Shown: positions 17,200 to 25,717, counted from the stretch's first letter. The stretch is 32,014 nt of DNA from an uncultured archaeon (GCA_964388035.1 CAYLZE010000047.1:2528-34541); one strand, 5' to 3'. The notes: generated from the letters alone by a model not told the origin. Numbers and translations: made by a program.

Positions 17200-20145
17200 G
17201 TGAACTCTCTAGCTATTGATTTAAAAAGAATAAAAAGATTGATAAAAATCGGAAATTATGAACAAGCAACGGAACAATTATTTACGATATTAGACAGTTC
17301 ACAAAATTATAGCAATAAGGAACTCATCTATAAAAGCTTGGCTCTTTTAAATCATGTTTGTGATAAAACCCCCTCAATTTCGGTGCAAACCGTAAAAATC
17401 GTCGCAAATTTCATAAATGATGTTAATTCTTGGATTAGGTTAGAGTCACTTGAAATTTTATATCAAATTTCCAAATTCCGCCCTAATCTTTTAATTGATT
17501 TAATTGAGAAGATTAAATCTCGCCTTTATGATAAGGATATTAGCGTTCGAAGATTAGCTATAAAAATAATAGGAAATTTAATTCTCTCTCTCCATATTGA
17601 TATAGAAAAATTGCAAGAACTTTTAGAGGAATACATTCAAAAATTAATGGATAACGATTGGAGGGTAAAATTACATGTAATTAAAACGCTCCAAAATATA
17701 CTCAAGGAAGACTATACTAAGATAAGAGATTTAGAGCCTCTTTTATCAATTATCATTATCAATCTAAGAGATGAGGATGATGATGTTGCCAGAGCTTCCG
17801 CTGATTTATTAAAATTATTGGGAACATATTTTCTTTCCAAAGAAAAAATTTTGTATGTACTTTTGAACTTACTTTATAATGAAGAATCAAGCGTAAAAGA
17901 ACACGTGGTGTGGCTATTTGGAGAGATTGGAAAGGAGCGATCCTCTGAAATTATTCCTATTATCCCCAAATTAATTAATATCTTGAAAGATTCGGATTAT
18001 TCCCTCCAAATGAAAGTAATGGATGCCTTAGTTGGTATTGCAAATAATAATTTCGAACAAATCTGGTCGAATTTAATAGATTCCTTGGATACAAGCAATC
18101 AAGAATTTCGAAATAACTTGGTTAGCACTCTATATCATTTAAGTGAGAATAACATGGATAAAATCTTTCCTTACTTATTTGAAGAAATTGAAAATCCGTC
18201 TGAAAATATTAGAGAATCCATTATTCTGGTATTAAAACGGTTATTTGATGAGCATCAAACAGAAATAAATAATGAAATTGCGAAAATATTTTACAAATTA
18301 GGGTCGAAGTATTGGAGAAAACGGAAAAACACCATGATTTTGCTCATGAATCTCTTTTATGTGTTAAATGATGAAAAATTAGCCATTTGGATAACTTTAG
18401 AATTAAATAAATTATTAAAAAGAGAGAAAGATACTGATGTAAAGATAGAAATCACGGAAAGCTTAGAAAAAATCAATACTCGATTTGTAAATATCGAGAG
18501 CAAAATTTCGGAAATTTATAATCAATTAACTCTCCTACATGAAGGAATAAAAAAATTTCGCAGAATTCCCGCTCAGTTTAGAGAAAAACTAAGTACTTAC
18601 ATCAATAAGTTCAAATTCAATAAAACAGAAATCCAGTTAAGACGAATGTATGATAGGATCTTAAAAAAAATAACTATATTTGATACTAATGTGAATAATT
18701 TTGAGTACAAGCGTCTGGCATTTGATTTAATGGAAGAATGGGAAGAAACTAAACTCCAAGTGATTGATGAATTAGGGATTATTAAAGAATTCATTTCAGA
18801 TATCTGTGAAGAAAAAAAACAAGAGTTTATCGTAGATTTAGAAAATAGGATAAGTTTATTGGAAAAAAAAATAGATGTTTTAAAGATAAAGTTCGACCAT
18901 ATTAAAAATTATAAGTTTAAACTAAATTTATACGTAGCATTATCTGATATTAATCTCGATCATGATCTTGAAGAAAGATTCAATCAAATAACAGATATAA
19001 GAAAAAATCTCTTTATCCTTGATGGGGAAATAAGAGAACTTTTAATACAAAATCTTGAATTTAGTGATATTTTTAATGATTTATTAGCTAAATGGATTAA
19101 AAATAAAATTAAAATTCAAAAATATCTTGCTGAATTTGAACGACAAGTTAAACTCATGAAAGATAATGTTTTGACTCATTATTTCAATATCAAGGACAAA
19201 CCCGGCGTGTCAGATAAAGAAACAATTGATGGTTTAGACAAAGAACTCGCATTCCAACTCCTTCAAGGACATTTTCAATCCGTGATTTCGCAAGCAATTG
19301 ATGATACAAAAAAATTTGATGACAATTTTAGAGTGATTAAATCAAAATTGAATTACCTCATTAAAAAGAGGGAATACATGCAAGTAAAAAAATTAATTGA
19401 GTTGAATTCAACACAAATTCAGAACTTTATTCAAGAAACGGAAGCAAGGATCGATGGGATAATAGGGAAAGACAAAATTTTTGAAAAGAGCAATGTATAT
19501 ACCTTGTTCGTCCGTCCTTATTTAAATAAATGGAATGAGCACAAGGAATTTCTCTTGGAAAAATCTAGAAAATTTCTTTTAAAGAGTAAAAATAAATTAA
19601 ATCTCAGTCAAATAAAATATTTTTTGACAATAATGAATCCCATAGAATTCGATTTCTTGTCTTCATATATGGGAAATTCCCCTGTCCAATTAAAAGAACT
19701 AATATTGAAATACATCAATAATGGGAAATTAAACGCAAAAATCGTGAAAAATTCCATCTATTCCCAAGAACTTGAATATGAATTTCCACATTCTAAAGAA
19801 ATCATGCTGCAAAAACAATTGAAAAGAATAGGTGATGAAGTTCATATCCATTTTAAATTAAATAATCCCTCAAACTTTATTTATCGTGATTTATACATCA
19901 ACTTGAAAATACCTACATTTCTAAAATTTAAGAAAGAAATAAGCGATCCGAGAATCTTTTATTTAAACGAATTAAGACAAGGAAAAGGATATGAATTTGA
20001 TTTCATGCTCTCTATTAATAAGGAACTTAAGTCCATTCCTCCGAATCGGTCTGATACCAATGATATCATTCTGGATCTTTATTATAAGGACCCGTTCGAT
20101 TTTGTTAAAAGAAAGACAGAAAAGATATCCGTTTTTTTCCCGTAA
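17200..20145 (+). CDS. Large HEAT-repeat / coiled-coil / winged-helix (PCI-like) / Ig-like protein
   Basis: About 9 HEAT units (DVNSWIR, DKDISVRR, DNDWRVK, DEDDDVAR, NEESSVK...), LSSYMG...LILKYINNGKLNAKI, and a C-terminal beta-rich domain. Confidence 0.75.
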   Translation: MNSLAIDLKRIKRLIKIGNYEQATEQLFTILDSSQNYSNKELIYKSLALLNHVCDKTPSISVQTVKIVANFINDVNSWIRLESLEILYQISKFRPNLLIDLIEKIKSRLYDKDISVRRLAIKIIGNLILSLHIDIEKLQELLEEYIQKLMDNDWRVKLHVIKTLQNILKEDYTKIRDLEPLLSIIIINLRDEDDDVARASADLLKLLGTYFLSKEKILYVLLNLLYNEESSVKEHVVWLFGEIGKERSSEIIPIIPKLINILKDSDYSLQMKVMDALVGIANNNFEQIWSNLIDSLDTSNQEFRNNLVSTLYHLSENNMDKIFPYLFEEIENPSENIRESIILVLKRLFDEHQTEINNEIAKIFYKLGSKYWRKRKNTMILLMNLFYVLNDEKLAIWITLELNKLLKREKDTDVKIEITESLEKINTRFVNIESKISEIYNQLTLLHEGIKKFRRIPAQFREKLSTYINKFKFNKTEIQLRRMYDRILKKITIFDTNVNNFEYKRLAFDLMEEWEETKLQVIDELGIIKEFISDICEEKKQEFIVDLENRISLLEKKIDVLKIKFDHIKNYKFKLNLYVALSDINLDHDLEERFNQITDIRKNLFILDGEIRELLIQNLEFSDIFNDLLAKWIKNKIKIQKYLAEFERQVKLMKDNVLTHYFNIKDKPGVSDKETIDGLDKELAFQLLQGHFQSVISQAIDDTKKFDDNFRVIKSKLNYLIKKREYMQVKKLIELNSTQIQNFIQETEARIDGIIGKDKIFEKSNVYTLFVRPYLNKWNEHKEFLLEKSRKFLLKSKNKLNLSQIKYFLTIMNPIEFDFLSSYMGNSPVQLKELILKYINNGKLNAKIVKNSIYSQELEYEFPHSKEIMLQKQLKRIGDEVHIHFKLNNPSNFIYRDLYINLKIPTFLKFKKEISDPRIFYLNELRQGKGYEFDFMLSINKELKSIPPNRSDTNDIILDLYYKDPFDFVKRKTEKISVFFP

Positions 20146-20403
20146 TTTATGAATAAATACCTTATTTTTAATTAGATATAGTTTTCAAATTTCTTTTAAA
20201 TCTGATTTCTAAAAAATTGTGAGTTATTTTACCTTTTAATAATCACTCATCTTCTTAATTTCTCTTTTAGTATATAAAAACTATTTTTTTTGTTGTTAAT
20301 CGAATTTTTCGATAATATAAATCTAAAAGTTTAATATTAACATTTTCATTTTATTACTCATATTTTAATAATTTAAAAAAATTAGTGTTCAAAAAAGTCC
20401 AAA

Positions 20404-20910
20404 ATGAGTGAAGAAGAAAAAAAAATATCAAATATTGTAAGAGTACCTGCATTTTTAGGAATATTAATTGGAATCTTAGCTGCGTTCATACAAGCCTTAA
20501 TCATCAGCGCTGGAGGACCAGAAGCTTATGGATTCTGCGTGGCATGCCACACGAGAGATTTAACAAATGCTTTTGTTAATGCCTTCACAGGCTCTACTTT
20601 AGGATTAGCTCCCATCTCTGCTGTGACTCCTGTTTTAACCATTGTTGGAGTTATCTTAGGTGGGTTTATGGCAGCAACAAGAAATAGAGAATTTAAAGTC
20701 AAAAAAAGTAATCCCGTCCTGTATTTAATATATTTAGTTGGAGGGATTGGTGTAATGATTTTTGCTTTGTTTCTTGGTGCTTGTCCATATCGAGCAGCAT
20801 TGAGATTGGCTTATGGGGATTTGGTAGCGTTAATAGGCATTTTGTCAATTGCAGGTGGCGTCGCTGTTGGAGTTATTATATTATTGCAACATTATAAGAG
20901 GATGATGTAA
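20404..20910 (+). CDS. YeeE/YedE-family sulfur/selenium transporter, N-half
   Basis: Four to five hydrophobic segments with GFCVACHTRDL and GACPYR motifs. Confidence 0.85.
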   Translation: MSEEEKKISNIVRVPAFLGILIGILAAFIQALIISAGGPEAYGFCVACHTRDLTNAFVNAFTGSTLGLAPISAVTPVLTIVGVILGGFMAATRNREFKVKKSNPVLYLIYLVGGIGVMIFALFLGACPYRAALRLAYGDLVALIGILSIAGGVAVGVIILLQHYKRMM

Positions 20911-20912
20911 AA

Positions 20913-21425
20913 ATGGCCGCCGCAGGATGGTTAGTAGTAGGGGCTGCAGTAATTATATTGCCTTTGATTACATTAATATTAGGAATCATTATTGGATATC
21001 TCGCTCAGAGATCAGGTTTCTGTTCTATTGGAGGGATGAGAGATCTCATGATGTTTCGACATACTCGATTATTCATTGGATACTTGGCGTTAATTGGAAG
21101 CGCATTTTTAGGGTATTTAATTTTTTGGGCAATCATACCCGCAGCTTTTCCTAACTTTTATTGGACAGCATCTCAATCAAATCCTCTCACACCTATTCCT
21201 GGAGCACCTGGTGGTTTAACCATTGGTTCTTATATTATCTTGGCAATTATTGGTGGTTTTGGAATGGGCATTTTAGGTGTAGTATTGGGAGGATGCCCCT
21301 TACGGCAGATCGTAATGGGGTCGGAAGGAAATTATCGCTCTATATATTATATTATAGGATTGATTATCGGAGCGGTAATTTTCCATGCGTGGGTAGTAGG
21401 GTGGGTAGCTGCTGTTTTTCCATAG
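20913..21425 (+). CDS. YeeE/YedE-family sulfur/selenium transporter, C-half
   Basis: AQRSGFCSIGGMRD and GGCPLRQ motifs; hydrophobic. Confidence 0.85.
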   Translation: MAAAGWLVVGAAVIILPLITLILGIIIGYLAQRSGFCSIGGMRDLMMFRHTRLFIGYLALIGSAFLGYLIFWAIIPAAFPNFYWTASQSNPLTPIPGAPGGLTIGSYIILAIIGGFGMGILGVVLGGCPLRQIVMGSEGNYRSIYYIIGLIIGAVIFHAWVVGWVAAVFP

Positions 21426-21445
21426 AATAAATTAGAGGTGTAAAA

Positions 21446-21673
21446 ATGACAGAAGTAAATCTGGATATTATAGGAAAAATATGTCCATATTGTCTTTTAA
21501 TAGTAAAAAAGAAGATTCAGGAACTTTCTTCTGGAGATGTATTAATCATTAAGACGGATCATCCCCCTGCAGCGAATGAGACCATACCGATGTTCGCAAG
21601 AAAGGCAGGTTATCCCTTCGAATCTAAAATGCTGGAGCCCGGAGTGTGGGAGTTAAAAATTACAAAGAAATAG
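21446..21673 (+). CDS. TusA/SirA/YedF-family sulfur (selenium) carrier
   Basis: LDIIGKICPYC...L..GDVL.I.TDHP.A...IP; 75 aa; GAGGTG ribosome-binding site. Confidence 0.9.
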   Translation: MTEVNLDIIGKICPYCLLIVKKKIQELSSGDVLIIKTDHPPAANETIPMFARKAGYPFESKMLEPGVWELKITKK

Positions 21674-21698
21674 GCAATCTATTTTTTTTTTAAAAAAT

Positions 21699-22952
21699 AT
21701 GTCATCAATGACTTTCCTTTTAGGAGATGTTTTAACTTTCGAAAGAATTGATTGGTTTTTTGATATTATTAAAAATGTGGAGACTTTTTTATCAAATAGT
21801 GAAGTAAAAATTCAAATTTTCCTAACTGGAGATGCAATTTATAATATATTTAATGAATACAATATCCCTTTATGGAAATCTCTTTTAACAGATTCCAAAG
21901 TCATAATTATTATTGATCCAACCGAATCGAATTTATATGGATTAAATATGCATCAATTGGAAGAAATTTATCCTTTAAATATAAGTAATTTTTCTTCGAA
22001 AATAGTAAATACAGATACATTTATCTCAGAGAATTCTGATTCTGAGAGTTTAATTTTCAACTTTTGGGATAAATTAATTAATTCAATAAAAGATTATGGC
22101 TTTCATCAAAAATTAGGTATTCTTTCCTTCGAAGGACCTTATATGCATCGTACTTCCATTCACATATTACGTCTAATTGAAAGAGTTCTGAACAATGATA
22201 TGAATGCAGAATTATATGCATATCTGGATGCTTTACACTTAGGGCATTCCCATCAAAAGCCTTCAGCATTTGAGAATGTGGGAGACACTTTAAATAGGAT
22301 AACAAAATTATCGATTGAAAAAAATTTAGAATTTTTAATGCTTGCTTGTTCTAGATGTGGAATGGCAAGGGGGTATATTAAAGAGGAAAATACTCAGGAA
22401 TTCGTCCAATCAGAAGATACTATTCCATCCTTTTTAATTTGTAATTTAAATAAAATAATTGATAAATTTGAAGAAAATCATGTTATTTTAACCCCATTTA
22501 GTGGGGTTATATTTAATAATTTCTCTCAAGAAGATGCCAATGGAGCTATTTCTCCTTCTATGTCTATTTCTCCGCCCATAATAATATTCATGACTCATTC
22601 ACCCTATGGTACGGAATGGACATTTGGAGGACTATCCTTTGCAATTGCTTGTGCAAATCACGGGATATTGACTGATGTAGTTTTTATCGAAGATGGAGTA
22701 TATTCCTTAACGGGAACACATGTTTTACAAGAGCAAGAGAAAATATTTAATATACTAGAAGTGATTGACGCTACTTCCGATTTAGAATGTCTCAAATATT
22801 ATGCATATGAACCTTCGTTGCGGAAAAGAAATGTTTATATCACTAATAAAATTGAGAATTTAGTAATTATTAACAATAAAAATCTGACTAATCTCCTTTA
22901 TCCTATTAATGATCACTCGAAATTTATGCAACGACGCATTTTATTTTTTTAA
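21699..22952 (+). CDS. Multi-domain DsrE/F/H (TusBCD)-fold fusion protein
   Basis: Domain 1 IFLTGDAIY; domain 2 (DsrE/TusD-like) EGPY..YLDAL..Q..ACSRCGMARG; domain 3 (DsrF/TusC-like) THSPYGTE..FIEDGVY..SLRKRNV. Confidence 0.8.
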   Translation: MSSMTFLLGDVLTFERIDWFFDIIKNVETFLSNSEVKIQIFLTGDAIYNIFNEYNIPLWKSLLTDSKVIIIIDPTESNLYGLNMHQLEEIYPLNISNFSSKIVNTDTFISENSDSESLIFNFWDKLINSIKDYGFHQKLGILSFEGPYMHRTSIHILRLIERVLNNDMNAELYAYLDALHLGHSHQKPSAFENVGDTLNRITKLSIEKNLEFLMLACSRCGMARGYIKEENTQEFVQSEDTIPSFLICNLNKIIDKFEENHVILTPFSGVIFNNFSQEDANGAISPSMSISPPIIIFMTHSPYGTEWTFGGLSFAIACANHGILTDVVFIEDGVYSLTGTHVLQEQEKIFNILEVIDATSDLECLKYYAYEPSLRKRNVYITNKIENLVIINNKNLTNLLYPINDHSKFMQRRILFF

Positions 22953-23007
22953 GGATTGAATATAAGTAAGTTTAAAAATTAATAAATATAACAACTATCA
23001 TAAAACT

Positions 23008-23232
23008 ATGACTGACGCGAATATACCAGACTTTTCTCACTTGACTTGTACCAATTTAATGATTAAACTCAAAATGAATTTAAAAAAGTTATCTCCTGGG
23101 GCAAATCTTGAATTTTTTTCAAATAGGGAACAATTTGATAACATCAAGAATTTTTTTTCAAAACCGCCATATAGGCTTAATAGTAAAATAATAGAGAGTA
23201 ATAAATATCATATTTCAATTTTTAAACTATAG
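23008..23232 (+). CDS. Second, divergent TusA-like protein
   Basis: 74 aa; DFSHLTCTNLMIKLK..LKKLSPGANLEF matches TusA spacing with a single Cys. Confidence 0.6.
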   Translation: MTDANIPDFSHLTCTNLMIKLKMNLKKLSPGANLEFFSNREQFDNIKNFFSKPPYRLNSKIIESNKYHISIFKL

Positions 23233-23252
23233 AGAAAATAAGCTAAATCAAA

Positions 23253-23612
23253 ATGTTAAATGCAATTAAATTAAAAACAATATATTTAGATTTTATTCAT
23301 CAAGGAAAATATTATGTCATTTTCACTACTACTCATACAGCTTATGAATATCTCTATTTTACCTATCTAAATGAAAAAATGCAATCTATTTTTTACGGAG
23401 AAAACCTTCTTGAACAAATACAATTTATGATGAAAAAATCTAAAAATCTCTGTATTGAATGTCAACTTGGCTCGAGGATTTTGGGTGGAGTCTCTTCCGA
23501 AGGAGAGGATTTAGTTGAATTCAATTTTACAAAATCCGAGAGTAATCTCATTTTGAATGAGCTCAAGAAGTCTTTAAATAAGAAAAATGATCATATAATG
23601 CTTTTTGAATAA
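23253..23612 (+). CDS. Hypothetical protein with CxxC
   Basis: 119-aa ORF in the co-oriented cluster; CIECQLG motif. Confidence 0.65.
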   Translation: MLNAIKLKTIYLDFIHQGKYYVIFTTTHTAYEYLYFTYLNEKMQSIFYGENLLEQIQFMMKKSKNLCIECQLGSRILGGVSSEGEDLVEFNFTKSESNLILNELKKSLNKKNDHIMLFE

Positions 23613-23645
23613 AATAAAAAATAATAAATTACGATTGAGGTATTA

Positions 23646-24671
23646 ATGGAAAAAAGAAGAGAGTATAGATTAACTCAACAAGTAAAAATCCACGGATGAA
23701 GTTGCAAGCTAGGACCAAACAACTTAAAAGATTTATTAATGAAAGTTGGATTGAACGGTGATATCGAGGATGCTGCCGTCATTCCGGTTCCAAATTCGGA
23801 ATTAGTATTGGTTAAAAACATAGACATTTTCACTCCAATTGTTGATGAACCAAATATTATGGGACAAATAGCCGCTTGTAATGTGACTAATGATCTTTTT
23901 GCCATGAATGTTTTGGAAGTTTCAGGCATGTTAGCATTTCTTGCCATTCAAACCAGCACGCCTATTGAAATTGCGGAAGGGATTCTTGAAGGTATGAAAT
24001 ATTTCATGGAAGAAAAAATAAAATCAAAAATTGTGGGTGGACATACAATCTATTGCGAATGGCCTTTAATGGGGGGAGAAGCTTCGGGATTCTTATATAA
24101 AGACGCCGTTATTCCTAAAGGGGGTGTTCGGGAAGGAGATGAACTGATATTGACGAAACCTGTGGGGTTACAAGCAATAACAGCCGCTTATCGGATTCGA
24201 AAGGACATGCCTGAATTATTAAGTGCATATTCTTCTCAGGAAATACAGAATTCCATAGACTTTGCTATTGATCTCATGACCACTTCAAATCAAGATGTAG
24301 TTAAAATCATTCATACCTATAATGATATGTCCTTTATCCATGCCATGTCGGATGTGACTGGGTTTGGACTGGCAGGTCACGTTCAGGAAATGCTTCAAAA
24401 CTCTTATCTCTCCGCTGAAATTAAAATTGTACCTTATATTAAACTTTCTAATGAATTATCTAAAGAATTTGGTTATGCTTTCGACGAATGTAGTACTCAT
24501 GAAACTGCGGGAGGTATGGTTATGTCTGTCGATCCTTTAAAGGTAGATGAATTTTCAAAAAGATTGAAAGAAAACGGAGTAAATAATTGGATTATTGGGA
24601 CGATTGATAGTGCAGGATCTAATGAAGTAAAAATTTCAGAGAACGTGGATTTTGTTGAAGTTTCTAAATGA
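23646..24671 (+). CDS. selD: Selenophosphate synthetase, selenoprotein form (Sec18, TGA at 23697-23699); 341 aa
   Basis: In-frame ATG at 23646 gives MEKRREYRLTQQVKIHG-U-SCKLGP, the SelD active-site motif. Also EDAAV, DIFTPIVD, NDLFAM, GGHT, LTKPVG, DVTGFGLAGH, ETAGG. GAGGT RBS upstream and SECIS downstream. Confidence 0.95.
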
Positions 24672-24674
24672 TAG

Positions 24675-24749
24675 GGACGCCTAGGATATAAATCTAAAAA
24701 CCTATAAAGGAGGGATTTATGGAGGATTCCATTCGCAAAATGGACGTCC
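24675..24749 (+). promoter_or_regulatory. SECIS element (eukaryote-like, kink-turn core) in the selD 3' UTR
   Basis: Tandem GA(24685-6)/GA(24722-3); 9-bp stem 24687-95/24713-21; unpaired AAAAA (24696-700); apical mini-stem CCU/AGG; closing helix GGACG/CGUCC. GC-richer than other intergenic DNA. Confidence 0.8.
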
Positions 24750-24766
24750 AATATATAAAATATCTG

Positions 24767-25594
24767 TTAATTTTTATTGGTTTTAATTTTACCATTCAAT
24801 TTTAGCACTATTTCCTTCGCTTTTTTTAAAACCTCATCCACCATTTCGTCTCCATTTTCTACATTAAAGCAAGTTATGGAGAGTTCCACTTCCACGGAAA
24901 GTCCGACTCTAGGATGGGTTTTAATCCATAGTTGAGGAAATTCTTTTTCTAACTTCGTAACGTGAGGTGCTATTTGAGATTCGCCAATTCCAGAGAAAAT
25001 GAATCCTTTTTGAATGAAAGATCCTTGCTGTTCTTTTAGAATCGGTTTAATAACGGTATTAAACATGGCTTTCATTTCCATGGGGACTCCCGGAAGACAA
25101 TAAATCGTGGTACTTCCTTCTACAATTTTAACTCCGGGAGCTGTTCCACGAACATTTGGCAAAGGAGTAGAGCCCTTGGGAAGGTTCGCCATTTTTTCTC
25201 TTTCGGGAGTCATGCCTTCCATTCTTAAAATACCTTGGGAAACAGCGTTTTCATAAGCCTTTTTAATAGATTGATATGCTTGTTTATCCCGATGAATATC
25301 ACGATTCAATCCCTTGGCAACCCCTTCTAAAGTCATGTCATCAAAAGTCGGACCTTGGACTTAAAGAATTCAATCTTCTTTAATTAATCCACCCGAAGTG
25401 ATGATCATGTCAGGAGCTCTACTTAAAATGTCGTGCAAAGTAAGGGAAATTTCCTCCAAACTATCCCCTATGGTTGTTATTCTCCGTAATTTATGACCGT
25501 ATTTAGTTATTCTCTTTGTCATCCAATAAGAGTTTGTATCTTGAGTTTTTCCTATAAGTATCTCGTTTCCAATTATTAGAAGTTCAACAATCAT
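24767..25594 (-). CDS. cinA: CinA-like molybdopterin-binding (MCF/COG1058) protein, two exons: 25594-25385 and 25354-24767; 265 aa after splicing
   Basis: IGNEILIGKTQDTNS, IGD, TSGGL|GPTFDDMT, REKMANLP, N..GTAPG, LPGVPMEMKAM, GESQIA. Both ORF-track fragments are in the same frame, separated by a 30-nt insert. Confidence 0.9.
25355..25384 (-). other. 30-nt archaeal BHB intron in the cinA-like mRNA
   Basis: Canonical BHB: outer UCGGGU/GUCCGA, central GGAU/GUCC, bulges UA|A and AA|G, inner UUAAAGAA/UUCUUUAA with a 7-nt loop. Contains in-frame TGA and TAA. Confidence 0.9.
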
Positions 25595-25717
25595 ATTACA
25601 TTTAAAGAAGCAACGATGTCTTATTAAAATGATGTAATTAGAAATGAAGTGCATCTCTATGGTATTTTAACTAAAAAAAAAAATTCTAATAAGTGAAAAA
25701 ACATTTGGTTTGATCTT

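Noticed and set aside
22017-22058. Hairpin TCTCAGA/TCTGAGA in a linker of the DsrE fusion as a third intron
   Set aside because: The central helix is mismatched and there is no adjacent outer stem, so BHB geometry is not met.
22546-22573. 10-bp direct repeat CTATTTCTCC
   Set aside because: Two copies in a linker; a local duplication, not an array.
24767-25654. cinA as a pseudogene, as two separate genes, or as a selenoprotein via the TGA at 25372-25370
   Set aside because: A TAA follows in the same frame, and the insert splits a conserved motif with exact BHB boundaries, so an intron explains it better.
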